This document shows positions 39,796 through 48,643 of a stretch of DNA of 64,000 bases, piece after piece. The position numbers and the translations under genes were made by a program. The notes under the pieces were generated by a model. It was not told the DNA's origin and did not search any database. It worked only from the letters and a program-made list of their open reading frames with translations. Source of the DNA: Trueperaceae bacterium (GTDB lineage Bacteria > Deinococcota > Deinococci > Deinococcales > Trueperaceae); assembly GCA_965215565.1 (NCBI GenBank), contig CBDCDZ010000004.1:3136001-3200000 (forward strand), given 5' to 3'. The number at the start of each line of letters is the position of its first letter. The stretch's first letter is position 1.

Positions 39796-40713
39796 GTGCA
39801 GGCAATTCAAAACAGCTCAGCGAGTAGCGAAGAGGCGCAACTTTTCGTCTCTGTAATTATCCCCGTCTATAATGACGCAGCCCGTCTAAAGCTTTGCTTA
39901 GAGGCGCTGACTGCGCAGCACTACTCGAACTTCGAGGTTATCGTCGTGGACAACGGCTCCACCGATCAAGAGGTCGAGCGTGTCTGTAGAGGGTTCGACG
40001 TAACTTTCGTTACCGAGCACAAGGTCGGCTCGTACGCCGCTCGCAACCGGGGCGTTGCGCTCGCTAAAGGTGGCGTGCTCGCCTTTACCGACGCGGATTG
40101 TATTCCCGAGCCGCAGTGGTTGACGCAGGGCGTCAAGAGGTTACGAGAGCCCGACTGCGGCTTAGTTGCAGGGCGCATCCGCGTGTTTGCGCAAGACCCA
40201 AAACGCCCGACTACTGTGGAGCTATATGAGGTCGCGCTCGCTTTTCCGCAGCAGACCCACGTCGAGAACAGCCACTACGGAGCAACCGCTAATGTATTCA
40301 CCACTAAAGCCGTGTTCGCCGACGTTGGCCTTTTCAATGAACGTCTCAAGTCAGGAGGCGATAAGGAGTGGGGGCAGCGCGTAGCGGCAGCCGGATATAG
40401 CGTAGTCTACGCGCATGAAGCGTGCATCCACCACCCGGCGCGGCGCACCTTTGCTGAGCTTCACAAAAAGGCGCGGCGTACGGTGGGCGGACTACGCGAT
40501 ACCGACGCGGGCTGGGCTACAGCGGCGATGCTCCTCAAGGAATACCTCAAGCCGCCGGTGAAGCTCTCACTCAAGGTACTCCGCGACGATCAGCATGGAC
40601 TCTCGCTTGCTCAAAAGGTGCGGGTGTGTGCGGTCGCTAGCGCGTCGCGGCTCATGAACGCCGCTGAAACGGTTAAGCTGTGGGCGCGGCGCACGCCTTC
40701 CTCGAGGGCTTGA
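39796..40713 (+). CDS. Glycosyltransferase family 2
   Basis: Motifs VSVIIPVYN, VDNGSTD, AARNRG, FTDADC. Confidence 0.9.
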   Translation: MQAIQNSSASSEEAQLFVSVIIPVYNDAARLKLCLEALTAQHYSNFEVIVVDNGSTDQEVERVCRGFDVTFVTEHKVGSYAARNRGVALAKGGVLAFTDADCIPEPQWLTQGVKRLREPDCGLVAGRIRVFAQDPKRPTTVELYEVALAFPQQTHVENSHYGATANVFTTKAVFADVGLFNERLKSGGDKEWGQRVAAAGYSVVYAHEACIHHPARRTFAELHKKARRTVGGLRDTDAGWATAAMLLKEYLKPPVKLSLKVLRDDQHGLSLAQKVRVCAVASASRLMNAAETVKLWARRTPSSRA

Positions 40714-40928
40714 GCCCGCCTGAATTTCATAAAGTTCTAAGCTGCACGGGTTAGCTTGCCTCGTAAGGTGACGTTTCACCGTGTGTGAGATTTTCCACAC
40801 GTTTACCTTGAAACAGCTCAACCCGTACAAAAGCTTTTTCCTGAAGGTTAAGCTTCACATGATGCTCGTAAACATCAAACCCGACTCCACACGACGTGAA
40901 CCGCGCTGAGAACGATAAAGGACGTCTT

Positions 40929-41879
40929 ATGGATCAGCCTCGGAAATCCTCCCCTCTAACACCTTCCCCGAAAGTCTCTGTCGTCATCCCCGCATATAAC
41001 GCCATGCGCTTTTTGCCTCAAACGATTGAAAGCGTGCTGCGGCAGACGCACGGAGACTTCGAGGTGCTCGTCGTGGACGACGGCAGCAAGGACGACACGG
41101 CGCAGTGGGTGGCGGCGCAGCCTGACCCGAGGGTCAAGCTCTTGTCTCGCGCGAACGGGGGCGCGGCGGCGGCGCGCAACACGGGCGTGGCGGCGGCTAA
41201 GGGCGAGTACGTCGCCTTTTTGGACGCGGACGACGTGTGGCAGCCCACCAAGTTGGCGAAACAGGTGGCGCTAGCTGAGGCGGACCCGAGGGTGGGCTTG
41301 GTGGACACCTGGATTTCCTACATCGACGCGGCAGGGAAGCCGCTCGGCAAGGTGATGACGCAGCACGCCGAGGGGGAGGTGTGGGCGCAGATGCTCGAGT
41401 ACAACCTCGTGCGTTGCGGCAGCACGCCGCTCGTGCGCCGCCGCTTGTTCGAAGAGGTGGGCTCCTTCGACGAGAGTTTTCGCTACGCCGAGGACTGGGA
41501 GATGTGGATTCGTATCACGGAGCGTGCCCAATTCGCCGTGGTCAAAGAGCCGCTGGTGGCGTACCGTCAACACGCGAATAACAAGCATAGAAACCACCAG
41601 GCGATGCTGCCTACGTTGTGCCAGATCATTGAGAAGTCGTTTTGTGGGGTGCCCGCTGCCCAGCAGCACCTCAAAGGGCGGGCGCTGGGGCGCGCGCACC
41701 TGCACGCGGCGTGGCGGGCGCTGTATGCGGGCGATCACGAGTTAGCGGCGCAACTCCGCGAGAAGGCGGTGAGCTACTACCCTAAGCTGCGCTACGTCAA
41801 GAACAGCGTCCGCCTTAACCTGAGTATCGCGAAGGTGCGCTGGTTGGGGCGTTTGGGGTACGCTAAAGCACGAAGTTAG
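40929..41879 (+). CDS. Glycosyltransferase family 2
   Basis: Motifs VSVVIPAYN, VDDGSKD, FLDADD, AEDWEMW; SD before ATG at 40929. Confidence 0.9.
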   Translation: MDQPRKSSPLTPSPKVSVVIPAYNAMRFLPQTIESVLRQTHGDFEVLVVDDGSKDDTAQWVAAQPDPRVKLLSRANGGAAAARNTGVAAAKGEYVAFLDADDVWQPTKLAKQVALAEADPRVGLVDTWISYIDAAGKPLGKVMTQHAEGEVWAQMLEYNLVRCGSTPLVRRRLFEEVGSFDESFRYAEDWEMWIRITERAQFAVVKEPLVAYRQHANNKHRNHQAMLPTLCQIIEKSFCGVPAAQQHLKGRALGRAHLHAAWRALYAGDHELAAQLREKAVSYYPKLRYVKNSVRLNLSIAKVRWLGRLGYAKARS

Positions 41880-41891
41880 GGGGCTTCCGTT

Positions 41892-42824
41892 ATGACCTCA
41901 TCCTCTTTGCCGCACGCTTCAGAGGCACCATCACGCTCTACCACACCTCTTTCCGCCACACCTCTCTCTGTCGTCATCATGACCAAAAACGAAGCCGACG
42001 TGATCGCGCGCTGCGTCCGCAGCGTCGCTTGGGCGGACGAGGTGCTCATCATCGACTCGGGCAGCGCGGACGAGACAAAAGAGATCGCCGCGTCTCTGGG
42101 CGCGAATGTCTACGAGCAGCCCTGGCTTGGCTTTTCGAAGCAGCGCAACCGGGGCGCGGCGCTAGCGCAGCACGACTGGGTCCTCTTCCTGGACGCGGAC
42201 GAGGTGGCGACGCCCGAACTCTCGGCGGCGCTGCAAGAGGTGATGCGCGGCCCGCTAGACCCTAAAGACGCCTACGCCTTAGACCGCCGGGGCGACTTTT
42301 TAGGGGTGCTGCTGCCCAACGAGTCGCGCCCGAGCAAGCGGCGCGGCTTCATCCGGCTCTACAACCGCAACGAGAGCGCCTACGACGAAGGCATGAACGT
42401 CCACGAAGAGGTGCGCTTCTCCGGGCGCTCGGTTCCTGTGAGGGGCGTGCTGCTGCACTGGAACGGGCACACCCTGGACGAACTCGTCTCGCTCTTCAAC
42501 CGCTACGCCACCTTGGAGGCTGAGGAGTTGGACCGGCAGGGCGTGCGGGCGCGCGCCCTCGACATCGCCCTCAGACCCGTGCTGCGCTTTTTGTGGAGCT
42601 ACGTGGCGCGCGGCGGCTTTCGCCTCGGCACGCGCGGGCTCATCCATTCGCTCCTCAAAGGGGTAAGCGACTACGTGCGCTACGCGAAGCTGTGGGAGCG
42701 GCAGAACGCGGTGCCGACGCCCCATCCACCTGCGTCGCTCTATGAGGGTGAGGCGATGAAAACGTCGGCGGAGCCGCCACGCGCACCTCATCAAACGTCT
42801 CAAACGTCCGCGAGGAAGGGCTGA
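41892..42824 (+). CDS. Glycosyltransferase family 2 (beta-1,4-glucosyltransferase-like)
   Basis: Motifs IMTKNE, IDSGS.D, WLGFSKQRN, LDADE, VHE. Confidence 0.88.
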   Translation: MTSSSLPHASEAPSRSTTPLSATPLSVVIMTKNEADVIARCVRSVAWADEVLIIDSGSADETKEIAASLGANVYEQPWLGFSKQRNRGAALAQHDWVLFLDADEVATPELSAALQEVMRGPLDPKDAYALDRRGDFLGVLLPNESRPSKRRGFIRLYNRNESAYDEGMNVHEEVRFSGRSVPVRGVLLHWNGHTLDELVSLFNRYATLEAEELDRQGVRARALDIALRPVLRFLWSYVARGGFRLGTRGLIHSLLKGVSDYVRYAKLWERQNAVPTPHPPASLYEGEAMKTSAEPPRAPHQTSQTSARKG

Positions 42825-44287
42825 TGGCGCTGCAAGCGCGCGCTCGCTCGAGGGGGGACTCGAGGGGAACCTACCTGAGCGTTTTGCCCTTGGCGTCTCT
42901 CATCGGGTTCGTCGGCGTCACGGCGCTCGCCCTCGTCGGGGGCGGCGCGAACGTGTTGCAACTCGCCTACCCGGTCATGGCGGTGGGCGTCGGGGCGCTC
43001 TGGCTCTGGCAGCGTCCGGTGGGCTACCTGGGCTACGCTTGGTGGCTCTGGTTTCTCACGCCCGCCGTGCGCCGCCTAGTCGACAACGAGACGGGCTACA
43101 CCGAGGTGAGCCTCCTCATGGTCGCGCCTTTTCTGGTGTCGTGTCTGGCGTTCGCCCCCATCATGCTCAACTTGCACCGCTTGGCGCACCGCTACCGCTT
43201 GCCGTTCGCGCTCATTGTTTTGGGGCTCGGCTACAGCTACGGCGTCGGCGTGTTTTTGGGGAGCGCCTTTGGCGCTACCTTTGACCTGCTCAACTGGCTC
43301 GCGCCCATCCTCTTGGGCGCGTACCTGCTCGTGAGCACGCACCGCTTAGCGGAGCAGCGGCGCGTCGTCGAGCGCACCTTCATGTGGGGGCTCCTCTTCA
43401 TGGGGGTGTATGGTCTCTATCAATTTCTGGTGCTGCCCGTTTGGGACGGCTACTGGATGGAGAACGCCGCGATGAGTTCCATCGGCACGCCTTACCCCTT
43501 CGAGGTGCGCGTCTTCAGCACGCTCAACTCGCCGGGTCCCTTTGCGACGGTCGTCATGGCGGGGCTGCTGCTGTGTTTGCGGATGCCCGGCACGCTCCGC
43601 TGGGGCGCGGCGGCGGTGGGCTTCGCGGGCTTTCTGCTCTCGCTGGTGCGCTCCGCTTGGGGCGGGCTCGTCGTGGGGCTTATCGTGCTCGCCGCGCAGC
43701 TCCCTACCTTGGAGCGCACGCGCCTCGTGCTGGCGCTCGCGGTGGTAGGTGTCGTGGCGCTGCCGCTCCTCACCATCGGTCCCGTCGCCGAGTCCGTCGG
43801 CACCCGCTTCGAGTCGTTGGAGGATTTGGAGGAGGACACGAGCCTCAACGCCCGCCTGCGGCTCTACACGGACATGGCGACGTTCTTGGCGCGCAACCCG
43901 CTCGGGCTGGGCTTAGGCACCACGGGTGTCGCCTCGAACCTAAGCGCGTCGGAGGGATTGCCCGACTTAGACAGCGGCGTCATCGCGGTGTTTTACTCCT
44001 TTGGTGTATTGGGCACGCTCTACTACGCGGGCGGCGTCTTGTGGCTTTTCATCCTCGCGCTCGTCCAGCTTAGGAAGTCGGGCGCGTTTGGGCTCACCTG
44101 TTTCAGCGTCGCGATGGCGGGGCTCAGCCAGGTGGTGTTCGGCAACGCCTGGGTGGGGGTGGCGGGCGCTGTGTTGTGGTTTTTCCTCTGCATGACGCTC
44201 GCGTCGTACGAGTACGAGCGGGCGCAACCTAAAGGAACGCCCAAAGAAATGTCCAAAGGAATACGGGGCAAAGGGGCGCGCGCGTGA
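42824..44287 (+). CDS. O-antigen ligase / Wzy-like polymerase
   Basis: Many TM segments; motifs RVFSTLNSPG, LSLVRSAW, PLGLGLG. Confidence 0.75.
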   Translation: MALQARARSRGDSRGTYLSVLPLASLIGFVGVTALALVGGGANVLQLAYPVMAVGVGALWLWQRPVGYLGYAWWLWFLTPAVRRLVDNETGYTEVSLLMVAPFLVSCLAFAPIMLNLHRLAHRYRLPFALIVLGLGYSYGVGVFLGSAFGATFDLLNWLAPILLGAYLLVSTHRLAEQRRVVERTFMWGLLFMGVYGLYQFLVLPVWDGYWMENAAMSSIGTPYPFEVRVFSTLNSPGPFATVVMAGLLLCLRMPGTLRWGAAAVGFAGFLLSLVRSAWGGLVVGLIVLAAQLPTLERTRLVLALAVVGVVALPLLTIGPVAESVGTRFESLEDLEEDTSLNARLRLYTDMATFLARNPLGLGLGTTGVASNLSASEGLPDLDSGVIAVFYSFGVLGTLYYAGGVLWLFILALVQLRKSGAFGLTCFSVAMAGLSQVVFGNAWVGVAGAVLWFFLCMTLASYEYERAQPKGTPKEMSKGIRGKGARA

Positions 44288-45537
44288 AGGTGCTCTTTAT
44301 GGACCATGCGGGCGTCTTAGGCGGCGCGGAACTCTACTTGCTTGACTTGGTCAAACGCTACTCGGAGACGCATGAGGTCACAAACAAGGTCCTGCTCTTC
44401 AGCGACGGACCCTTTCGCGAGCGGCTCGTTGCGGCAGGGGTGGACGCGGAGGTCATGCAGGCGTCCGCGGCGGTGACGGGGGTCTCGAGGGAGGACCGGG
44501 GCGGCGGCGGGCTGCGCGCTATCCCCGGTCTGCTAGGCTTGGTGCGCCGCGTTGCGAAGACCGCGAAAGACTACGACGTTATCTTCGCCAACTCGCAAAA
44601 AGCCTTTGTGGTGGGGGCGTTAGCGGGGCGGCTCGCGCGGCGTCCCGTCGTGTGGTGTCTGCACGACATCCTGACCGCCGAGCACTTCAGCCGCACGAAC
44701 CGTCGCCTCGTCGTGACACTCGCCAACTACCTGTGCGCCCAAGTCATCGCCAACTCGCAAGCGACGGCAGACGCCTTTCGCGCGGCGGGCGGGCGGGCGC
44801 CGGTGCGCGTGGTGCACAACGGCATCGACGCTGCACCGTTCGCGGCGTCAGTCACAGAGGATGCTTCGGATGCTTCTCTGCGCGAAGAACTAGGTCTGGG
44901 CGACGCGCCCGTCGTCAGCATCTTCAGCCGCTTGTCCCCCTGGAAGGGTCAGCACGTGCTCTTGGAAGCGCTGCCGCACCTGCCCGGTGTGCACGCGCTC
45001 CTCGTCGGCGAGGCGCTCTTCGGTGAAGCGGCTTACGCGCAGAAGCTCAGAGAGCGCGCCTCGGCGCTCGGTCTCACCGAGCGCGTTCGCTTCTTGGGGT
45101 TTCGGAGCGATATCCCCGCCCTGATGAAGCTCTCGGACGTGGTGCTGCACACTTCGGTTGCGCCCGAGCCCTTCGGCAGGGTGATCGTCGAGGGGATGAT
45201 GGCGGGGCGTCCCGTCGTGGCGGCGAACGCGGGCGGCGCGGTGGAGATCGTCGGCGACGACGGGGGCATCTTGGTGGAGCCTGACGACGCGCAGGCGCTC
45301 CACAGGGCGCTGGAGTCCCTCCTCACCCAGCCGGACGTAGCGGCGGCGCTCGCGGCTGGGGGGCGCGAACGCGCCATGACGCACTTTTCGCTGCAAGGGA
45401 TGGTAGACTCTGTGGCGGCGTGCTTGGCTGAGGTTGCAAATAGGGGCGGGCGTGACGGCGGGCAGAGGGAACATGGTAGCGAGCCTCAAACAAGCCCGTT
45501 AAAAACCTCGCCGAGCCGTTCAGCGGAGAGACGCTAA
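44284..45537 (+). CDS. Glycosyltransferase family 4
   Basis: Motifs GGAE, RLSPWKGQ, FLGFRSD, EPFGRVIVEGM. Confidence 0.92.
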   Translation: MKVLFMDHAGVLGGAELYLLDLVKRYSETHEVTNKVLLFSDGPFRERLVAAGVDAEVMQASAAVTGVSREDRGGGGLRAIPGLLGLVRRVAKTAKDYDVIFANSQKAFVVGALAGRLARRPVVWCLHDILTAEHFSRTNRRLVVTLANYLCAQVIANSQATADAFRAAGGRAPVRVVHNGIDAAPFAASVTEDASDASLREELGLGDAPVVSIFSRLSPWKGQHVLLEALPHLPGVHALLVGEALFGEAAYAQKLRERASALGLTERVRFLGFRSDIPALMKLSDVVLHTSVAPEPFGRVIVEGMMAGRPVVAANAGGAVEIVGDDGGILVEPDDAQALHRALESLLTQPDVAAALAAGGRERAMTHFSLQGMVDSVAACLAEVANRGGRDGGQREHGSEPQTSPLKTSPSRSAERR

Positions 45538-45542
45538 CCTGC

Positions 45543-45625
45543 AAACTGTGTATCTAGACTATGTACTCAAAACTATGCACTCAAAACCGCACATTCAAAA
45601 CTTTGTACTAAAATCTCTGTATCAA
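45543..45625. repeat. Six degenerate ~14-bp tandem units
   Basis: AAACTGTGTATCT / AGACTATGTACTCA / AAACTATGCACTCA / AAACCGCACATTCA / AAACTTTGTACTAA / AATCTCTGTATCAA. Confidence 0.7.
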
Positions 45626-45800
45626 GTGACTTTCCCGAGCCATCCCGCCGATTGTCAAGCTGGACCACCACGCCGAACGGTTCTGCTGATAGACGAAATG
45701 ACGTACTTTTAATGTCAACAGACTCCTGATGTCAAGAGACTCCGTCAACGCACCCCTACGCCAACCTCAGACCCTACACCACGCATAGAAAAGAGCTTCG

Positions 45801-47375
45801 ATGAACCAAGAATCCCAAGCGAGTATCGGTGAGCTATTCAACTTCATCTTTCGCGGGCTGCTCGTCGCCCTGCCCATCGCGCTGCTCGCGGCGGCGGCGG
45901 CGTTTCTGCTCTCGCAGCAGCTCGACCCTGTTTACGAAGCGACCACCACGCTCCTAGCCGCCGAGCCCAACACCTCGGGCTCGAACGCCATCCTGACGCC
46001 GCCGCCCATCGAGGCGAGCGCCTACGCGACGGTAGTGATAAGTAACCCGGTCTTGACCGACGCCTTCGCGCAGCTCGGTCAGACGAGCCCGAGCGGGCGT
46101 GACCTCACGGCGCTGCGTAAAAACCTTTCGGTGAGCATCGACGGGGGGCGCAACGACGTCTCGAGCCTCATCTACCTCACCGCCGCCGCGCCCTCCGCCG
46201 AAAACGCCGCCGCCTACTCCGACGCGGTGTCGCGGGCGCTCGTCCAGTGGGACCGGGCGCGCGCGAGCGCCAACATCGACCAGCACATCAACACGTTAGA
46301 GGGGCAGATCGAGGCGCTAGACGAGTCCATCGAGTCGCTGCGGCTCATGGGCGACGTCGGCAACCAGAACGAGATCGAGAGCCGCACGAGCCTGCGCGCG
46401 CAGCAGCAAGAGGAGCTTTTCTACGCGCGCGCCCTCCGCAACTCTACTGCCGGGCTGCTCAGCGTCGTCGAGCCCGCCGTCGTCCCGCCCAGCCCGGCTG
46501 CGCCGCAGCCGGTGCGCAACGCCGCGCTCGCCGCCGTGCTGAGCATCTTTTTGGTCTACGGCGTGCTGCTTTTGCGCAACGCGCTCGACAGCCGCCTGCG
46601 CCGTGTCGAAGACGTCGCGGCGGTGGGGCTGCCCATCTTAGCGGAAGTGCCCAAAGTGTCCAAGAGCCGCCGCTTGTCGCCCGAAGCGATGAGCTTCTTG
46701 CGGACGAACCTGCTCTTTGCGGCGCAGGAGGGACCTCGGGTGTTTCTGGTCTCGAGCGCCCAACAGGCCGAGGGCAAGTCGAGCGTCGCCTTGAACCTAG
46801 CCGAGAGCTTCGCCCGCAACGACTACCGCACGCTCCTCGTGGACGCCGACATGCGCAAGCCCGTCGTCGCTGACGAATACCACATCGCCTCGAGCGGGCG
46901 CAAACAGCTCCAGGATTTCTTGAGAAATCCCACTCTAGATATCGAAGACGAAACCACGCAAATAGCCATCAGCCAGACGCAAAACTTAGACGTCGTCCCC
47001 ACCTTTGAGGCGACGTCCGCCGCGCCCGAACTCCTCAGCAGCGGGATGCGCGCCTGCTTGGAAAGGTGGCGCGAGCGCTACGACGTCATCGTTATCGACT
47101 CCGCGCCGCTCTTGCCCGTCGCCGACTCGCTGACCATCGCACCCTTCTGTACGGGCACGGTGCTCGTCGCGAGCTTGTCAGGAACGGACCGCCGCAGTTT
47201 GCAAGTGGCAGCCGAGCGCCTGCAGAACATCGGCGTGCGCGTGCTGGGCGCAGTCGTCACCCAAGTCGGGCGCGCTTCCGTGCAGAGCTACGCCTACGGT
47301 TACGGCGAAACTCAGCAACCCCGCCACAAGCCCGGCATCTCGCTCGGTCCGACGCGCAAACAGGACGTGCGCTGA
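45801..47375 (+). CDS. wzc: Polysaccharide chain-length regulator / BY-kinase (Wzc-like)
   Basis: Wzz-like N-terminus with two TM segments; motifs AEGKS, LVDADMRKP, VIDSAP; Tyr cluster SYAYGYG. Confidence 0.88.
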   Translation: MNQESQASIGELFNFIFRGLLVALPIALLAAAAAFLLSQQLDPVYEATTTLLAAEPNTSGSNAILTPPPIEASAYATVVISNPVLTDAFAQLGQTSPSGRDLTALRKNLSVSIDGGRNDVSSLIYLTAAAPSAENAAAYSDAVSRALVQWDRARASANIDQHINTLEGQIEALDESIESLRLMGDVGNQNEIESRTSLRAQQQEELFYARALRNSTAGLLSVVEPAVVPPSPAAPQPVRNAALAAVLSIFLVYGVLLLRNALDSRLRRVEDVAAVGLPILAEVPKVSKSRRLSPEAMSFLRTNLLFAAQEGPRVFLVSSAQQAEGKSSVALNLAESFARNDYRTLLVDADMRKPVVADEYHIASSGRKQLQDFLRNPTLDIEDETTQIAISQTQNLDVVPTFEATSAAPELLSSGMRACLERWRERYDVIVIDSAPLLPVADSLTIAPFCTGTVLVASLSGTDRRSLQVAAERLQNIGVRVLGAVVTQVGRASVQSYAYGYGETQQPRHKPGISLGPTRKQDVR

Positions 47376-47445
47376 GCCGGGCGGCTTGGGTTCATCTCGC
47401 AGATAGTCGAACAAGAGGTTGCGACGCCCCGTTCGCAACCTCTTA

Positions 47446-47502
47446 TTGGTGGTGGCTCTGGAGTGATACTGATGTCAAAGCAAGGGGTTGAAACTCCTTG
47501 TT
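47446..47502 (+). repeat. REP-like repeat family C, copy 3 (after hairpin 47411-47447)
   Basis: TTGGTGGTGGCTCTGGAGTGATACTGATGTCAAAGCAAGGGGTTGAAACTCCTTGTT. Confidence 0.7.
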
Positions 47503-47530
47503 CTCAGTGCTTGTTGTCGGATTTGCGGGT

Positions 47531-48604
47531 TTACGGCGCTAAGTCGTAGCGGAGAATTGGACCATTGAGCCCCCCTAGCCGCTCCGGTAGCGATTCGGGA
47601 GAGATAACCTCGAGCGTAGCCGCGTCGAACGTCGTTAGGCGAATCTCCACATCCGTCCCTAAGTCGATGTCCAACAGCGTCACCGCGCTTCTAGGCTCCG
47701 CCTCGCTTCCTAATAGACGCCGCGCCCCGATGCCACCCGAGTGAAGCAGCGTCACCCCTCCGACTTTGGCGGGATAGTACGCCGCGTGATGACCGCTGAT
47801 GTAGAGGTCAAGTCCTCGCTGCTCGAGCCACCTTCTCAACTCGTCTCCGTTCTCCAAAACCTCACCCGGCTTAGTTTTTTCCTCGCTCACGCCGTAAAAG
47901 GGAAGATGCCCTAAGAGCACGCGGAGCTTCGCGTTCCTCGCCGCCGACCTCGAGAGTTCTCGTGCCGCCCAACCTCTTTGTTCCTCCGTAATGCGAGCGC
48001 TTGAGGCGTCCCACACGACGATGAAAAGCTCTCCGAAGGTGAAGCTGTAGTTGAAGGGAAAACCCTCACGGCTCTGGTAAGGCAAGTTCGTCTCGTAAAG
48101 AGGCCTACGCCAGTAACCTTGGGCGGCGTCTCGTTCTCGCTGGAAGGTGAATTCGTTGCCGGTAGTAACATCATTGCGGAGGCTCGAGCCATCGTGGTTG
48201 CCTGTCGCAAAGGCGTAAGGGATACCTGCCTCGCGAAGAGGGCGCGCGACTTGCGCGTCGAACGCTCCCCACATCTCTGCGAAACGCTCAGCCGGCAAAG
48301 AGGTGTTTTGTCCGCCGATCACGTCGCCTGCCGAGAGCAAGAGGTCGGGCTGCCACGTGTTGATGGTGATATCTAAAACTCGCCCAACGTGCGGACTGTA
48401 AGTCAGCGAACCGTAAGCACCGTTGAAGTCGCTTAACACCACGATACGCACGTCGCCGCGTTCGGGGCTTTGCGCGTGGGTAGGGGAGACCGGAGCGAGT
48501 GCGCACAGTGCGCATAGTGTGAGCAGCTCTACAGGCTCGTCCACAGGTTGCGCCGCGCCTTGCGCTAGCGCAAAAAGGAGCAGCCAAACGAGCGTGGACC
48601 TCAT
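47531..48604 (-). CDS. Secreted calcineurin-like metallophosphoesterase
   Basis: Signal peptide; motifs SDFN, AGDV, GNHD, GHH. Confidence 0.88.
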   Translation of the reverse strand: MRSTLVWLLLFALAQGAAQPVDEPVELLTLCALCALAPVSPTHAQSPERGDVRIVVLSDFNGAYGSLTYSPHVGRVLDITINTWQPDLLLSAGDVIGGQNTSLPAERFAEMWGAFDAQVARPLREAGIPYAFATGNHDGSSLRNDVTTGNEFTFQRERDAAQGYWRRPLYETNLPYQSREGFPFNYSFTFGELFIVVWDASSARITEEQRGWAARELSRSAARNAKLRVLLGHLPFYGVSEEKTKPGEVLENGDELRRWLEQRGLDLYISGHHAAYYPAKVGGVTLLHSGGIGARRLLGSEAEPRSAVTLLDIDLGTDVEIRLTTFDAATLEVISPESLPERLGGLNGPILRYDLAP

Positions 48605-48643
48605 AGCGCTACCTTATACCAGATGGCGCGGCGTAGGGAAGAT

